A DNA stretch of 64,000 nt from Actinomycetota bacterium (GTDB taxonomy: Bacteria; Actinomycetota; AC-67): positions 2,742-66,741 of the forward strand of contig JBKKBZ010000116.1 in the NCBI GenBank assembly GCA_046713235.1, given 5' to 3'. The translations under genes were made by a program, and so were the position numbers. The notes under the pieces were generated by a model, which did not search any database, was not told the origin of the DNA, and saw only the letters and a program-made list of their open reading frames with translations. Shown piece by piece: positions 9,582 to 20,359 of this stretch (positions are counted from its first letter, which is position 1; the number at the start of each line of letters is the position of its first letter).

Positions 9582-12032
9582 CTACTCCGCCTCTACCTCC
9601 GCGATCACCGGGGCCATCGCCGAGATCTGCTGATCCTTGTCGAGGCGCATAACCCGGACCCCCTGAGTGTCCCGCCCCATCCGGGAGATGTCCTTGCAGG
9701 CCATTCGGATCACTACCCCGCTGGAAGAGATGAGGAAGACCTCGTGACCGGGCCGGACGACCATGGCGCCGCGGATCTGGCCGCGACGGGAGGTCAACCG
9801 CGCAGTCTTGACACCCTTACCTCCTCGCCGCTGGCGCGGATAGTGGGTCAGCATCGTGCGCTTGCCGAAGCCGGACTCGGTGACGATGAGTAGCTCCCCA
9901 TTCGGGTCCACGACGTCGAAGGCGACCAATTCGTCGTTGCCTCCAACCCGCATCCCGATGACCCCGGTTGCGGTGCGACCCATCGGCCGGACGTCGTTCT
10001 CGTCGAACGTGATCGAATAGCCGCCTCTCGAGACCATGATGAGCTCGTCCTCGCCCGTCGTCGCGCGAACCTGAACGACTTCGTCGTCTGCGCGCAGGTT
10101 GACGGCGATGATGCCGTCGCGGCGCGAAGAGTCGTACGCCGAGAACAGGGTCTTCTTGATCACGCCGCGTTTCGTCGCGATGACGAGATACTTACGCGTC
10201 GCGTAGTCGCGGGTATCGATCACCGCGGCGATCGACTCGTCCCCGGCCAGAGGAAGCAGGTTGCGCAGGCTGATCCCGCGTGCGGTGCGGTCCTTCTCAG
10301 GGATCTCGTGCGCCTTGATGCGGTAGACCTTGCCGCGATTCGAGAAGAACAGCACGTAGGAAAGGTTTGTCGTCGTCAGCATCTGGCCGACGATGTCTCC
10401 TTCCTTGGGCTTCGCGCCGCGTATCCCCTTGCCACCCCGTCCTTGGGTCCGGAAGACGTTCGACAGCACGCGTTTGATGTACCCGGACCGCGTGATGGTA
10501 ACGACGACGTCGTCGTCGGCGATCAAATCCTCGACGTCGATATCGCCCTCATCGCTGCCGATCTGGGTGCGGCGCTTGTCGGCGTGGCGGGACCGGATCT
10601 CGCCCAGCTCGTCCTTGATGATGCCGCGAATGCGCATCGGATCGGCGAGGATCGCTTTGTATTCGGCGATCTTCGCCGACAGCTCTGCGTGCTCCTCCTC
10701 GATCTTCTGGCGCTCGAGCGCCGCCAGCCGGCGCAACTGCATGTCCAGGATTGCATTCGCCTGGATCTCGCTCAGACTGAACCGTTCCATCAGGGCGGTC
10801 CGCGCCTGATCCGCGTTCGCCGAGGCGCGGATGAGCGCGATGACGGCATCGAGGTTCTGCAGCGCCACCAGCAGCCCTTCGAGGATGTGCGCACGTTCCT
10901 CGGCCTTGCGCAAGCGGAAGCGCGTCCTGCGCGTGACGACGTCGATCTGATGAGCGATGTACGGTGCCAGCACTTGAGGAAGCGACAGCGTCCGCGGGAC
11001 GCCGTCGACGAGCGCGAGGCAGTTCACGCCGAACGAGTCCTGCAGCTGCGTGTGCTTGTAGAGGTTGTTCAGCACGACTTGTGGAATGGAGTCCCGCTTC
11101 AGCTCGATGACGAGCCGCAGACCCTGCCGGTTCGACTCGTTTTTCAATGCCTTGGCCGTCGCAGGGATGCCGGTTATGACCTTCTTCTCGATCAACTCGG
11201 CGATCTTGGCAAGGACCCGATCGCCGGACACCGTGTACGGCAGCTCGGTGACGATGATGCGCTGCTTGCCCGACGCCGTCTCCTCGATCACGGCTTTGCC
11301 GCGAACCTTGACCGAGCCGCGGCCGGTGGTGAACGCATCCTTGATGCTTTCGCGCCCCATGATGATGCCGCCGGTCGGAAAGTCCGGGCCCTTGACGTAC
11401 TTCATCAGTCCGGCAACGGTGATCTCGGGATCGTCGATCATCGCGATCGTGGCGTCGATGACCTCTCCAAGATTGTGCGGCGGAATGTTCGTCGCCATAC
11501 CGACCGCGATCCCGCTGGATCCGTTCACGAGCAGATTGGGAAACCGCGCCGGCAGCGGCATCGGCTCGACCTCTTCGCCGTCGTAGTTGGGCAGGAAGTC
11601 GACGGTCTCTTCATCGATGTCGCGAAGCAGCTCCATCGCAAGCCAGGTAAGCCGGCATTCGCTGTACCGCATCGCCGCCGGCGGATCGCCGTCGACGGAT
11701 CCGAAGTTTCCATGCCCCTGGATCAGCGGTGCGCGCATCGAGAAGTCCTGCGCCATCCGAACCAGCGCATCGTAGATCGCTGTGTCGCCGTGGGGATGGT
11801 ACCGACCCATCACGTCACCGACCACGCGGGCCGACTTCTTAAATGGGCGGTCCGGCCGGATGCCCTGCTCGTTCATGCCGTAGAGAATCCGTCGGTGTAC
11901 CGGCTTCAAACCGTCGCGCACATCGGGCAGCGCGCGTCCGACGATGACCGACATCGCGTAGTCGAGGTAGGAACGCTTGACCTCCTCTTCGATATCGATC
12001 GGTTCGATGTTGGGCTCGAGCGGAAGTGTCAT
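9582..12032 (-). CDS. gyrA: DNA gyrase subunit A.
   Basis: 816 aa; active-site AAMRYTE and QRR region; C-terminal beta-pinwheel repeats. Confidence 0.97.
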   Translation of the reverse strand: MTLPLEPNIEPIDIEEEVKRSYLDYAMSVIVGRALPDVRDGLKPVHRRILYGMNEQGIRPDRPFKKSARVVGDVMGRYHPHGDTAIYDALVRMAQDFSMRAPLIQGHGNFGSVDGDPPAAMRYSECRLTWLAMELLRDIDEETVDFLPNYDGEEVEPMPLPARFPNLLVNGSSGIAVGMATNIPPHNLGEVIDATIAMIDDPEITVAGLMKYVKGPDFPTGGIIMGRESIKDAFTTGRGSVKVRGKAVIEETASGKQRIIVTELPYTVSGDRVLAKIAELIEKKVITGIPATAKALKNESNRQGLRLVIELKRDSIPQVVLNNLYKHTQLQDSFGVNCLALVDGVPRTLSLPQVLAPYIAHQIDVVTRRTRFRLRKAEERAHILEGLLVALQNLDAVIALIRASANADQARTALMERFSLSEIQANAILDMQLRRLAALERQKIEEEHAELSAKIAEYKAILADPMRIRGIIKDELGEIRSRHADKRRTQIGSDEGDIDVEDLIADDDVVVTITRSGYIKRVLSNVFRTQGRGGKGIRGAKPKEGDIVGQMLTTTNLSYVLFFSNRGKVYRIKAHEIPEKDRTARGISLRNLLPLAGDESIAAVIDTRDYATRKYLVIATKRGVIKKTLFSAYDSSRRDGIIAVNLRADDEVVQVRATTGEDELIMVSRGGYSITFDENDVRPMGRTATGVIGMRVGGNDELVAFDVVDPNGELLIVTESGFGKRTMLTHYPRQRRGGKGVKTARLTSRRGQIRGAMVVRPGHEVFLISSSGVVIRMACKDISRMGRDTQGVRVMRLDKDQQISAMAPVIAEVEAE

Positions 12033-12036
12033 CGGC

Positions 12037-13953
12037 TCAGATGTCCACGAACGCGTCCTTCGCGTTCCGCTGGATGAACTCCCGGCGAGACTCCACGTCC
12101 TCGCCCATGAGCACGGTGAAGATCTGGTCGGCCACGGCGGCGTCGTCGAGCGTCACCTGGAGGAGCCGCCGTGTCTCCGGGTTCATCGTGGTATCCCACA
12201 GCTCTTCCGCGTTCATCTCGCCGAGACCCTTGAACCTCTGGATCGGAACCTTCTTGTTCGCCGGCGCCCCGGCGAGCACCTCGTCGCGCTGCCGGTCGCT
12301 GAAGGCGTAGCGCTTCTTTCCCTCGATCACGAGCCGGTAGAGCGGCGGCTGCGCGACGTAGACGTGTCCGGTTTCGACCAGCAAACGCATGTGCCGGAAG
12401 AAAAAGGTCAGCAGAAGCGTGCGGATGTGTGCGCCGTCGACATCGGCGTCGGTGAGGATCACGACCTTCCCGTAGCGCAGCTTCGACACGTCCGACTCCT
12501 CCCCGATGCCTGCCCCGATCGCGGAGATGAGTGCGAGGATCTCGTTGTTCTCCAGGACCTTGTGGAGACGGGCCTTCTCAACGTTGAGGATCTTTCCTCG
12601 GATGGGAAGGATCGCCTGAGTCTCCCGGTTTCGGGCCTGCTTGGCGCTCCCGCCCGCCGAGTCTCCCTCGACAATGAAGACCTCGCACGCATCGGGGTCG
12701 TTCGATGAGCAGTCGGCGAGCTTGCCGGGCAGACCCCCAGCATCGAACGCACTCTTCCGCGCGATGTCGCGCGCCTTCTTTGCGGCGAGCCGGGCGCGGG
12801 CGGCCTGCGTGGCCTTCGCGACCACGCGGCGTCCTTCGGTCGGATGCTCCTCGAACCACTCCGCCAGCCGCGCGTTCAGCGTCCGCTCGACGAACGCGCG
12901 GATCTCGGTGTTGCCGAGCTTGGTCTTGGTCTGTCCCTCGAATTGCGGCTCTCGAAGCTTTATCGACACGATCGCAACGAGGCCCTCACGAATGTCCTCG
13001 CCTTGAAGGTTCTCTTCCTTTTCCTTCAGCAGACCCTTGGCCCGGGCGTAGCGGTTCACGACGTTCGTGAGCGACTTCTTGAAGCCCTCCTCGTGCATTC
13101 CACCTTCGTGGGTGTTGATCGTGTTCGCGAAGGTGTAGATGGAGTCGTTGAAGCCGGCGTTCCACTGGAGCGCCATCTCGATCTCGCGCTCCTCCTCGGC
13201 GGCCTCGAAATAGATGATCTTGTTGAGGGTCTCGCGGCCGGCGCTCAGCGCCTTCACCATGTCTGCGATGCCGCCGGTGAAGCGATAGGTCTGCTCGTTC
13301 TTCGGGTGGGTTCGCTCGTCGGTGAGGGTGATCGACACACCCTTGGTCAGGTAGGCGAGCTCCTTGAGCCGTTGCTGAAGCACGTCGAACTTGAACTCGA
13401 GGTCCTCGAAGACCTGCGGATCGGGCCAGAAGTCGACCGTGGTCCCCGACTTCTGCGATGGTTTACCGCGCTCGAGCTTGGAGGTCGCCTTCCCTCTCGC
13501 GTAGCTTTGCTTCCAGGTGAAACCCTCGCGGTGGACCGTGACCTCGAGGCGCTCGGAGAGGGCGTTCACCACGGAGACACCCACCCCGTGGAGACCTCCG
13601 GAGACCGCATAACCCTTGCCGTCGAACTTTCCGCCGGCATGGAGCACCGTGAGCACAACCTCGAGCGCCGGACGCTTGTCCTTGCGGCCGGGGATCGGCT
13701 GGACGGGGATCCCTGCGCCGTTGTCGGTCACGCGGACTCCCCCGTCGGCCATGAGGACGGCGTCGATCTTGTCGCACCGGCCGGCCAGCGCTTCGTCGAT
13801 CGCGTTGTCGACAACCTCGTAGACCAGGTGATGGAGTCCCCGCGGACCGGTGGAGCCGATGTACATTCCGGGCCTGCGGCGAACCGCTTCGAGCCCCTCC
13901 AGAACCTGGATTTCGCTCGACGTGTAGCTCGTAACCGGCTTGGCCAAGCTCAA
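12037..13953 (-). CDS. gyrB: DNA gyrase subunit B.
   Basis: 638 aa; GHKL ATPase, TOPRIM with EGDSAGG, PLRGKILN. TTG start with GGAGGA SD. Confidence 0.97.
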   Translation of the reverse strand: MSLAKPVTSYTSSEIQVLEGLEAVRRRPGMYIGSTGPRGLHHLVYEVVDNAIDEALAGRCDKIDAVLMADGGVRVTDNGAGIPVQPIPGRKDKRPALEVVLTVLHAGGKFDGKGYAVSGGLHGVGVSVVNALSERLEVTVHREGFTWKQSYARGKATSKLERGKPSQKSGTTVDFWPDPQVFEDLEFKFDVLQQRLKELAYLTKGVSITLTDERTHPKNEQTYRFTGGIADMVKALSAGRETLNKIIYFEAAEEEREIEMALQWNAGFNDSIYTFANTINTHEGGMHEEGFKKSLTNVVNRYARAKGLLKEKEENLQGEDIREGLVAIVSIKLREPQFEGQTKTKLGNTEIRAFVERTLNARLAEWFEEHPTEGRRVVAKATQAARARLAAKKARDIARKSAFDAGGLPGKLADCSSNDPDACEVFIVEGDSAGGSAKQARNRETQAILPIRGKILNVEKARLHKVLENNEILALISAIGAGIGEESDVSKLRYGKVVILTDADVDGAHIRTLLLTFFFRHMRLLVETGHVYVAQPPLYRLVIEGKKRYAFSDRQRDEVLAGAPANKKVPIQRFKGLGEMNAEELWDTTMNPETRRLLQVTLDDAAVADQIFTVLMGEDVESRREFIQRNAKDAFVDI

Positions 13954-14130
13954 CTCCTCCAGGGCGTGCCGAAGCCCCGGGGAAGGGGCTCGGGGGGCCG
14001 GATCGGGCGACCGTTTCGAAGACCAATTCTAGCACGTCAGAGGCCTTTTTCGGCACCTCGGAGGCGCCGGTTTCGCCTCCTTCGGAGCATGTCCGACGAG
14101 CCGGACCTCACCTCCGCGGCCGGCTCCCCC

Positions 14131-14475
14131 TCATTCCTGTCTGGCCCGGCCTACGACGGCCCGCACCCGAGTCACCGATCCGGGCGGTAAGACGCCCGCG
14201 ACCCGCTCCAGCAAGGTTGCAGAAAGCAGCGTGAGCTCGGTGGCCCACGTGGGATTCTCGGCGCGAACGAAGAGCTCGCCGTCGACGAGCTTCACCGGTT
14301 CGCATCGGGCCGCGACGGTGGCCCCTACGATCTCCGCCCACCGCGCGGCAAGCTTGCCCAGAGCAAGCCGCTCCGACCAGCCGGGCCGATGACTGAGGTC
14401 CTCAATCAGCTCACCGAGACGCCGCGGGTCCTTGCGCCGCGGGTCCGTGTTGCCGTCATCACGCCGCATCGACAC
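14131..14475 (-). CDS. dciA: DciA-like DUF721 protein (the Rv0004 equivalent).
   Basis: 114 aa; conserved position between recF and gyrB; DUF721 pattern WxxIVG...A..T....L..G.L.V... Confidence 0.75.
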   Translation of the reverse strand: MSMRRDDGNTDPRRKDPRRLGELIEDLSHRPGWSERLALGKLAARWAEIVGATVAARCEPVKLVDGELFVRAENPTWATELTLLSATLLERVAGVLPPGSVTRVRAVVGRARQE

Positions 14476-15562
14476 GTCCCTCGCCGACGTGGAAGACCTT
14501 GGCTTCGAGCGAATCGGGAACCGCCCCCGGATCGGCCGCCGTGATGATGGCTTGCGCTCCGTCGGGCAGGGCGGCGGCCACTCGCTCGCGCCGCGCCGGG
14601 TCGAGCGGCTCGAGGGCGTCGTCGAGAAGCAGGACCGGCTCGTCCCCGCCCGTCGCTTCCCTCACCGAACTCCACGCCGCGAGCGCGAGCGCGAGCGTCA
14701 CCACCCACGCCTCTCCCTGCGACGCATGGGTCCGTGCCGGCAGGCCGTCGATCCCGAAAGCGACGTCGTCGCGATGAGGCCCCACCAGCGTCATCGCGCG
14801 GATGATCTCGTCCGATCGGCGCTCCTCAATGCGCGCGAGCATCGCCGCTGCCCAAGCTGCTGCGTCTGTTCCCACCCCGGGATGAGGAATGTTCGGACGA
14901 TAGGCGATCTCGAGCAGCCCGCGTCCCGCCACCGCCGCCCAGGCCGCGGCGGCGTGCGGCGCCAGCGCGCGGATGGCGGCTTCGCGCCTCGCCGAGATCT
15001 CTCCGCCGGAGGCCGAGAGCTGCGCGTCCCAGACCTCGATCCCGTCGGGCCTGCGCCCGGCCGACTCCCGTAGCAACGCGTTGCGCTGTCTAAGCGCGCG
15101 TTCGTAATCGCGGAGCACCCCGGCCAGCCGCGGCGTCACTTGCACGAGGATCTCATCGAGGAAGCGCCGGCGCTCGAGCGGATCTCCCCGAACGACCTCG
15201 ACCCGCTCCGGCGCAAAGAGACATGCACGAAGCACGCCGAGAACCTCGCGCTTGCGCCGAAGCGGCTCCCCGTCTAGCCGAACCCGGGACGCCCCCTGAG
15301 AACGGATCTCTACCTCGACCACCTGCTGCCTCACGTCGCGCTGCGTGTGAGCCCGAACGACGGCGCTCACACGGGACCGCTGGATGAGCGCCGGATCGGG
15401 GGCCCGGTGCGAGCCGAGAGTCGCGGCGTACCACGCTGCCTCAACGATTGAGGTTTTACCCGACGCGTTCGGTCCGACCAGTGCCACGCGTCCGGACGGG
15501 ATCGCGAGATCGAGTCCTTCCCAGCACCGGAACCCGTTCAGCTCGAGACGAGCGAGCCGCAC
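14459..15562 (-). CDS. recF: DNA replication/repair protein RecF.
   Basis: Walker A GPNASGKTS; SMC-like ABC ATPase signature. Confidence 0.95.
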   Translation of the reverse strand: MRLARLELNGFRCWEGLDLAIPSGRVALVGPNASGKTSIVEAAWYAATLGSHRAPDPALIQRSRVSAVVRAHTQRDVRQQVVEVEIRSQGASRVRLDGEPLRRKREVLGVLRACLFAPERVEVVRGDPLERRRFLDEILVQVTPRLAGVLRDYERALRQRNALLRESAGRRPDGIEVWDAQLSASGGEISARREAAIRALAPHAAAAWAAVAGRGLLEIAYRPNIPHPGVGTDAAAWAAAMLARIEERRSDEIIRAMTLVGPHRDDVAFGIDGLPARTHASQGEAWVVTLALALAAWSSVREATGGDEPVLLLDDALEPLDPARRERVAAALPDGAQAIITAADPGAVPDSLEAKVFHVGEGRVDAA

Positions 15563-15570
15563 CCCGCCCT

Positions 15571-16662
15571 CTAGGAAAGGCGTACCGGCATCAGTAGGTA
15601 CTGGAAACCGTCGTCCTGCGCGCCACGTAGCAGCGCCGGCTTTAGGCCGTCGCGCACCGACAAGATCAGCTCTGGTCCCTCGACCGCAGCGATCCCGTCG
15701 CTGAGATACCCCGGGTTGAACGCCACGGTCAGCGCTTCTCCCTCGAAAGTCGCGGCCACGTGCTCCGAAGCCTCTCCAAGATCTTGCGTCCCCGACGTCA
15801 GGCGCACACCTTCGGGCGAGAGATCGAGACGGACGGGCGCACCCTGCTGCGCGAGAATACCGACGCGCCTCACCGACTCGGCGAATGCTTCGCGCTCGAG
15901 ACGAAGGACATTGGGCTGGGCGTCTGGAACCAGTTGCCTCCAGTTCGGAAACTCACCCTCGATCAGACGAGTGGTGAGCCTGCGGGTGCCGGCCTCGACC
16001 CCGGCCTGCGTCGTCCCGAGCGCCAGTCGTACCTCGCTTTCATTGTCGGCGGCGCGCGCCGCTTCGCTCAAGGCGCGCCCCGGCACGACCCGGCGGAGCT
16101 CCTCGTCCGGCCCCGACCACGTGAGTGATCGCACGGCAAGCCGGTAGCTGTCGGTCGCCACCAAGGTAAGGGCGGAAGGACCGGCCTCCAGCAGGACGCC
16201 GGTCAAGATCGGCCGAGCTTCGTCGCGCGAAGCCGCCCGAGCCACCTGACTCACCGCGGAGAGGAAGAGCTTGGCGTCCAGTACACCGGTGTGGCCTTGG
16301 TCGGGAGCGCCGAGCGCAGGGAAATCGTCTGCAGGAAGGACGCGGAGCGTGAACTCCGCGGCACCTCCGACTATGCGAGCTTGAGACGCGTCGGTTTCGA
16401 GGAGAACTCCTCCTTCGGGAAGAGCGCGCACGATCTCGCCGAGCAGACGCCCCGGAAGCACGGCCCGGCCCGGCTGCTCTACCTGCCCCTCGATCTCCGC
16501 CCGGCCGGCGACCTCAAGGTCCGTGCCGGCGAACACGACTTTTCCTTCCCCTGCCTCGATGAGAACCCCGCCGAGCACCGGGAGCGTCGCCTTGCTTCCG
16601 ACCGATCGAAGAACCCATAAAACGACGTCGGCGATCTGGTCACGCTCGATCCGGATCTTCAC
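15571..16662 (-). CDS. dnaN: DNA polymerase III beta sliding clamp.
   Basis: 363 aa; GTG start with GGAGGTG SD. Confidence 0.95.
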   Translation of the reverse strand: MKIRIERDQIADVVLWVLRSVGSKATLPVLGGVLIEAGEGKVVFAGTDLEVAGRAEIEGQVEQPGRAVLPGRLLGEIVRALPEGGVLLETDASQARIVGGAAEFTLRVLPADDFPALGAPDQGHTGVLDAKLFLSAVSQVARAASRDEARPILTGVLLEAGPSALTLVATDSYRLAVRSLTWSGPDEELRRVVPGRALSEAARAADNESEVRLALGTTQAGVEAGTRRLTTRLIEGEFPNWRQLVPDAQPNVLRLEREAFAESVRRVGILAQQGAPVRLDLSPEGVRLTSGTQDLGEASEHVAATFEGEALTVAFNPGYLSDGIAAVEGPELILSVRDGLKPALLRGAQDDGFQYLLMPVRLS

Positions 16663-16848
16663 GGTTTCACACCTCCAGGGAGAATCGTACTTCGCGGCTG
16701 TGACAGAACCTTATCCACCCGATCTGTATCCAGGCTTTTAAAGGAATAATTCTGTAGTAACAGTCGTAGGGGCTGGGGACGCTGTGGAGAATGCCACGCC
16801 TTTGGGGAATTCGGCCGTCCCCCGCTGTGCACGGTGTCGTGGATGACA
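16663..16848. other. oriC: Putative oriC core in the dnaA-dnaN intergenic region. It carries DnaA-box-like 9-mers and an AT-rich candidate unwinding element.
   Basis: TTATCCACC at 16711-16719. TGTGGAGAA (reverse complement TTCTCCACA) at 16783-16791. GTGGATGAC at 16839-16847. AT-rich stretch GGCTTTTAAAGGAATAATTCTGTAGTAACAG at 16735-16765. The position matches the canonical actinobacterial oriC. Confidence 0.5.
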
Positions 16849-18225
16849 TCAGGCCGATTCCACCTGCTGCGCGGTTCTTCTTCGGATTCTCGCCGTCAAC
16901 TCTTGGACCTGTGAATAGATTTGGCGGTGCTCGCCCATCAGCTTTCGGATCTTGCCATCGGCGTGCAAAACCGTGGTGTGGTCTCGTCCGCCGAAGATCT
17001 CGCCTAGCTTCGGAAGGGACAGCGGGGTCAGCTCCCGGCACAGGTACATGGCCACCTGCCGGGCCAGTACGATCGGGCGCTGGCGCGACGGACCCAGGAG
17101 ATCGCCGCGCGAGATGCCGAAGAACGAAACGCATTCCGCGATAACGACGTCGGGCCGGATCTCGCTGGCGCCCTCGGGAGCCAGCAGCGGGTTGAGAGCC
17201 TCTCGTGCCAGCTCCAGCGTCAGCGGCAGTCTCGACAGGGAGGACCACGATACGACCCGGATGAGCCGGCCCTCGAGCTCACGGATGTTGTTTTGCACGC
17301 GAGTCCCGATGAACTCGAGGACGTCATCGGGAACCTCGAAGCCTTCCGCCCGGGCCTTATTGTGGAGAATCGCCACCCGGGTTTCGAGATCAGGGGGCTG
17401 AACATCGGTGATAAGACCCCATTCGAAGCGGGTGCGCAGGCGATCCTCCAGCGAGGCGATGGCGCTCGGTGGCCGGTCGGAAGAGATGACTATCTGCCGG
17501 CCGTCGTTGTAGAGGGCGTTGAAGGTATGAAAGAACTCCTCTTGGGTGCGCTCACCGGTTGCCAGGAACTGGATATCGTCTACGAGCAGCACGTCGGTCT
17601 CGCGGTAACGCCGGCGGAACGCCGGCATCTTCTCCTCCCGCACGCCGCTGATGAACTCGTTCATGAATTGCTCGCTCGACACGTACCGCACGACCGCGGT
17701 CGGGTAGAGCGAACGGACGCAGTGTCCAATCGCGTGAAGCAAGTGGGTCTTTCCTAGACCGGCTCCCCCATAGATGAAGAGCGGGTTGTACGACCGGGCC
17801 GGTTGCTCGGCGACCGCCAGTGCCGCCGCGTGGGCGAACCGGTTCGAGGGACCGATCACGAACGTGTCGAAGCTGTATTTCGGAATGAGCTGCGAAGCTT
17901 CGGCGGCCGCGCGCAGTGGTGCCGGTACCGGGTCGGCCGGAGCGTCGAGGTCGAACACCTCCGGGGGCGCCGGCCGTGCGTCGACCGTGACCGATAGAGA
18001 AAGCGGCCTCTCCGCGGCAGCCTGCAGAGCCTCCGTGACTAGGCCTGCGTATCTTGTCTCCAGCCACTCCTTGGCGAACGCACTCGGGACTCCGAGGACG
18101 ATTTCGTCCCCGGAGAGGCTGAGCGGCCGGCTTCCTTCGATCCAGGTCTTGGCGCCGGGTGAGGGCAAGCGGTCACGCAGCGTCGCAAGGGTCCTCTGCC
18201 AAATTACGTCAAGTTCGTCGCCCAC
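16849..18225 (-). CDS. dnaA: Chromosomal replication initiator DnaA.
   Basis: Walker [14 protein letters not shown]; HTH KIRKLM at the C-terminus. GTG start ([10 protein letters not shown]) preceded by GGGAGG. The longer track ORF reaching 18399 is probably an N-terminal over-extension. Confidence 0.95.
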   Translation of the reverse strand: MGDELDVIWQRTLATLRDRLPSPGAKTWIEGSRPLSLSGDEIVLGVPSAFAKEWLETRYAGLVTEALQAAAERPLSLSVTVDARPAPPEVFDLDAPADPVPAPLRAAAEASQLIPKYSFDTFVIGPSNRFAHAAALAVAEQPARSYNPLFIYGGAGLGKTHLLHAIGHCVRSLYPTAVVRYVSSEQFMNEFISGVREEKMPAFRRRYRETDVLLVDDIQFLATGERTQEEFFHTFNALYNDGRQIVISSDRPPSAIASLEDRLRTRFEWGLITDVQPPDLETRVAILHNKARAEGFEVPDDVLEFIGTRVQNNIRELEGRLIRVVSWSSLSRLPLTLELAREALNPLLAPEGASEIRPDVVIAECVSFFGISRGDLLGPSRQRPIVLARQVAMYLCRELTPLSLPKLGEIFGGRDHTTVLHADGKIRKLMGEHRQIYSQVQELTARIRRRTAQQVESA

Positions 18226-18234
18226 GGGCCTCCC

Positions 18235-18256
18235 TGGTCCACAATGGTTATCCACG
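18235..18256 (+). promoter_or_regulatory. Two direct DnaA-box-like 9-mers (TGGTCCACA and TTATCCACG) immediately upstream of the dnaA start codon.
   Basis: Seen in the sequence 10-30 nt upstream of the dnaA GTG. Likely an autoregulatory or second oriC box cluster. Confidence 0.5.
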
Positions 18257-18501
18257 GTTGTGCAAAACCCTGGGGAAGGATTCACGCGTAGACAAACAGC
18301 AACTTCGCGAGGCCGAGGGAAGGAAGGGCTTGCCCAGTCGCCGACGCTCATCGGCGGACGAGCGGGCGCGAAGATACCATCGGTTTCCACAGACCTCAAG
18401 AGCGGGAAAGCGCCTCACTTTTGCCCCTCTCTAACGGTGACGAGAGGCGCCGATCGGCACGGTTGCGCCCCCACAGGCCGACCCGTAGACTGCGGACTTC
18501 G

Positions 18502-18636
18502 ATGAAGCGCACCTATCAGCCACACGTTCGGCGGCGGAAGCGCACGCACGGGTTCCGTGCACGTATGAAGACGCGCGCCGGCCGCGCCGTGCTTGCTCGC
18601 CGCCGGCGCAAGGGTCGCGCCGAGCTGACCGTGTGA
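18502..18636 (+). CDS. rpmH: 50S ribosomal protein L34.
   Basis: [44 protein letters not shown]. Confidence 0.9.
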   Translation: MKRTYQPHVRRRKRTHGFRARMKTRAGRAVLARRRRKGRAELTV

Positions 18637-18995
18637 CCCGGGCTCCCCGCCCGACCATGAAGCGAGCGAACCGCCTCAGGGCGCCCAGCGAGTTCGCGCA
18701 TGTCTACAGCACCGGACGACGCATTCAAGGCGACGGCGTTGCTGCCACCATCGCTTTCTCCCAGGAGCGGGCGCCCCGCGTGGCCGTCACTTGCGCGCGG
18801 CGGTTCGGGACCGGCGTGGCCCGCAACCGGGCAAAGCGACGTCTGCGCGCCGCTATCGCCCCGCTGATCCCGCGCCTGCGGCCGGGATCCGAGACCATTC
18901 TTCAGGCAACCCCTGCGGTGCTCTCCATGAGTTTCCAGGTACTGCACTGGGAGATCATGGAAGTCCTTCGAAAGGGCCAGGTCCTGGATGCTTAG
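18633..18995 (+). CDS. rnpA: RNase P protein component.
   Basis: Basic 120-aa protein directly after rpmH, with an RNase P protein-component basic motif (NRAKRRLR). Start may be the ATG at 18657. Confidence 0.85.
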   Translation: MTRAPRPTMKRANRLRAPSEFAHVYSTGRRIQGDGVAATIAFSQERAPRVAVTCARRFGTGVARNRAKRRLRAAIAPLIPRLRPGSETILQATPAVLSMSFQVLHWEIMEVLRKGQVLDA

Positions 18996-19221
18996 GGCCC
19001 TCGCCATCGGGGTTCTCCGGCTCTACCAGGTAACCGCCGGGCGGGTGACCGCCGGGCACTGCCGGTTCCATCCCACGTGCTCGGAGTACGCCCTTCAGGC
19101 GGTGCGATCAGGTGGAGTCGTCCGCGGCATTTTCCTGGCCTCGTGGCGGATCCTTCGTTGCGGGCCGTGGAACCGGGGCGGCGTCGACTACCCGCCGCAT
19201 TCGGCGCGGTCCCATGGCTGA
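18988..19221 (+). CDS. yidD: Membrane protein insertion efficiency factor YidD.
   Basis: CRFHPTCSEYALQAV...RCGPWNRGGVDYPP family motif. Confidence 0.8.
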   Translation: MLRALAIGVLRLYQVTAGRVTAGHCRFHPTCSEYALQAVRSGGVVRGIFLASWRILRCGPWNRGGVDYPPHSARSHG

Positions 19222-20359
19222 GCTCTGGGGAGCAATCTTAGGAGGCTTCGGCTTCGCCCTCGATGCCATCTTCCGGGTCGTTCCTTCATACGGCGTAGCG
19301 ATCATCCTGCTCACGCTGGTCGCCCGGGCGCTCATCGCCCCCTTGGGCGTGAAGCAGATCAAGAGCATGCAGCAGATGCAGAAGTTGCAGCCGGAGGTAA
19401 AGAAGCTCCAGCAAAAGCACAAGGGCGACCGTCAGAAGATGAACGAAGAGCTAATGAAGCTCTACCGGGAGCACGGGGCAAACCCGCTCGGCGGCTGCTT
19501 TCCCCTCATCGCGCAGTTCCCCGTTTTCATCGCGCTCTATGCGGTGATTCGCGCCGTGGTGCCTTTCCAGGCCGCTACCGAGTCGCCGATTGCCCAGCTC
19601 CCCAAGGCGACCATCTGCACGCCGGCCGGCGCGACCGGGGACCCGCTCGTTCCCTCGGTCGGCGGTGAGGCGCCGGCTGCGGTCAGCTGCGACATCAAGG
19701 ACGGGACCGAGAGCTTCAAGATCAAACAGTGGAGCACCAGGGTAGGTACTGCGGTCGCCCAGCCGCCCTCCTATCTGGCCCGCTGCAACGTACAGGGCAC
19801 GGACGCCTTCGTTTGCGCCTCGCCACTCGGGACGGGTCACCTACCCAAGGACGGGAAGCTGTTCCGACAGCTGGTCGAGGGCAAGGGGCAGTTCCTCGGC
19901 ATGCATTTGGCTTGCTCGCCTAACCAGGCGGGAAGCAGCAACGGCATCCGCCAATGCACCTCCAGCGCCAAAAAGGCCGCCGGCCCGGCCCTGATCATGT
20001 ACTACCTGCTGGTCCTGGCGATGGCCGGGACGACGTTCTTCCAGCAGCGCCAAATGATGAAGAAGGCTCCTCCTCAGCAGGCGCAGCAGATGAAGGTGAT
20101 GGGCGTCATGATGCCCGTCGTTCTCGGGTTTTTCTCTCTCCAGTTTCCGGCTGCCCTGTCCGTCTACTGGATCACCGGAAACATCTGGACGATCGTCCAG
20201 CAGAAGGTGATCATGGACAGGCAGGAGGCCGCTCAGGCTGCCCAGCCCGCTCCGAAGCCCGAGCCGGGTAAGAAGCCCGGGGGCAACAGCAAGAGGCCCG
20301 GGGGCAACAGCAAGAAGCCCGGCGAGAAGGGAAAAGGGCCGACCAAAGGTAAGGGGTAG
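19214..20359 (+). CDS. yidC: Membrane protein insertase YidC with a Lys/Pro/Gly-rich C-terminal tail.
   Basis: Conserved YidC core (GCFPLIAQFPVFIALY; five TM segments). Tail contains the repeat KKPGGNSKRPGGNSKKPGEKGKG. Confidence 0.9.
   Translation: MAELWGAILGGFGFALDAIFRVVPSYGVAIILLTLVARALIAPLGVKQIKSMQQMQKLQPEVKKLQQKHKGDRQKMNEELMKLYREHGANPLGGCFPLIAQFPVFIALYAVIRAVVPFQAATESPIAQLPKATICTPAGATGDPLVPSVGGEAPAAVSCDIKDGTESFKIKQWSTRVGTAVAQPPSYLARCNVQGTDAFVCASPLGTGHLPKDGKLFRQLVEGKGQFLGMHLACSPNQAGSSNGIRQCTSSAKKAAGPALIMYYLLVLAMAGTTFFQQRQMMKKAPPQQAQQMKVMGVMMPVVLGFFSLQFPAALSVYWITGNIWTIVQQKVIMDRQEAAQAAQPAPKPEPGKKPGGNSKRPGGNSKKPGEKGKGPTKGKG

Noticed and set aside
10308-12077. 589-aa plus-strand ORF opposite gyrA, and similar long antisense ORFs (12844..14190, 17774..18505, 25578..26327, 45254..46609, 46674..47831, 47935..49047, 53428..54387 and others).
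   Set aside because: All overlap strongly supported genes on the other strand, have no homology signal, and show biased R/A/G/P composition. They are GC-frame artefacts.
13954-14130. Hairpin GGAGGCG-ccggttt-CGCCTCC between dciA and gyrB.
   Set aside because: Perfect 7-bp stem but no U-tract and no conserved context. Probably part of the gyrB promoter/leader, so not called.
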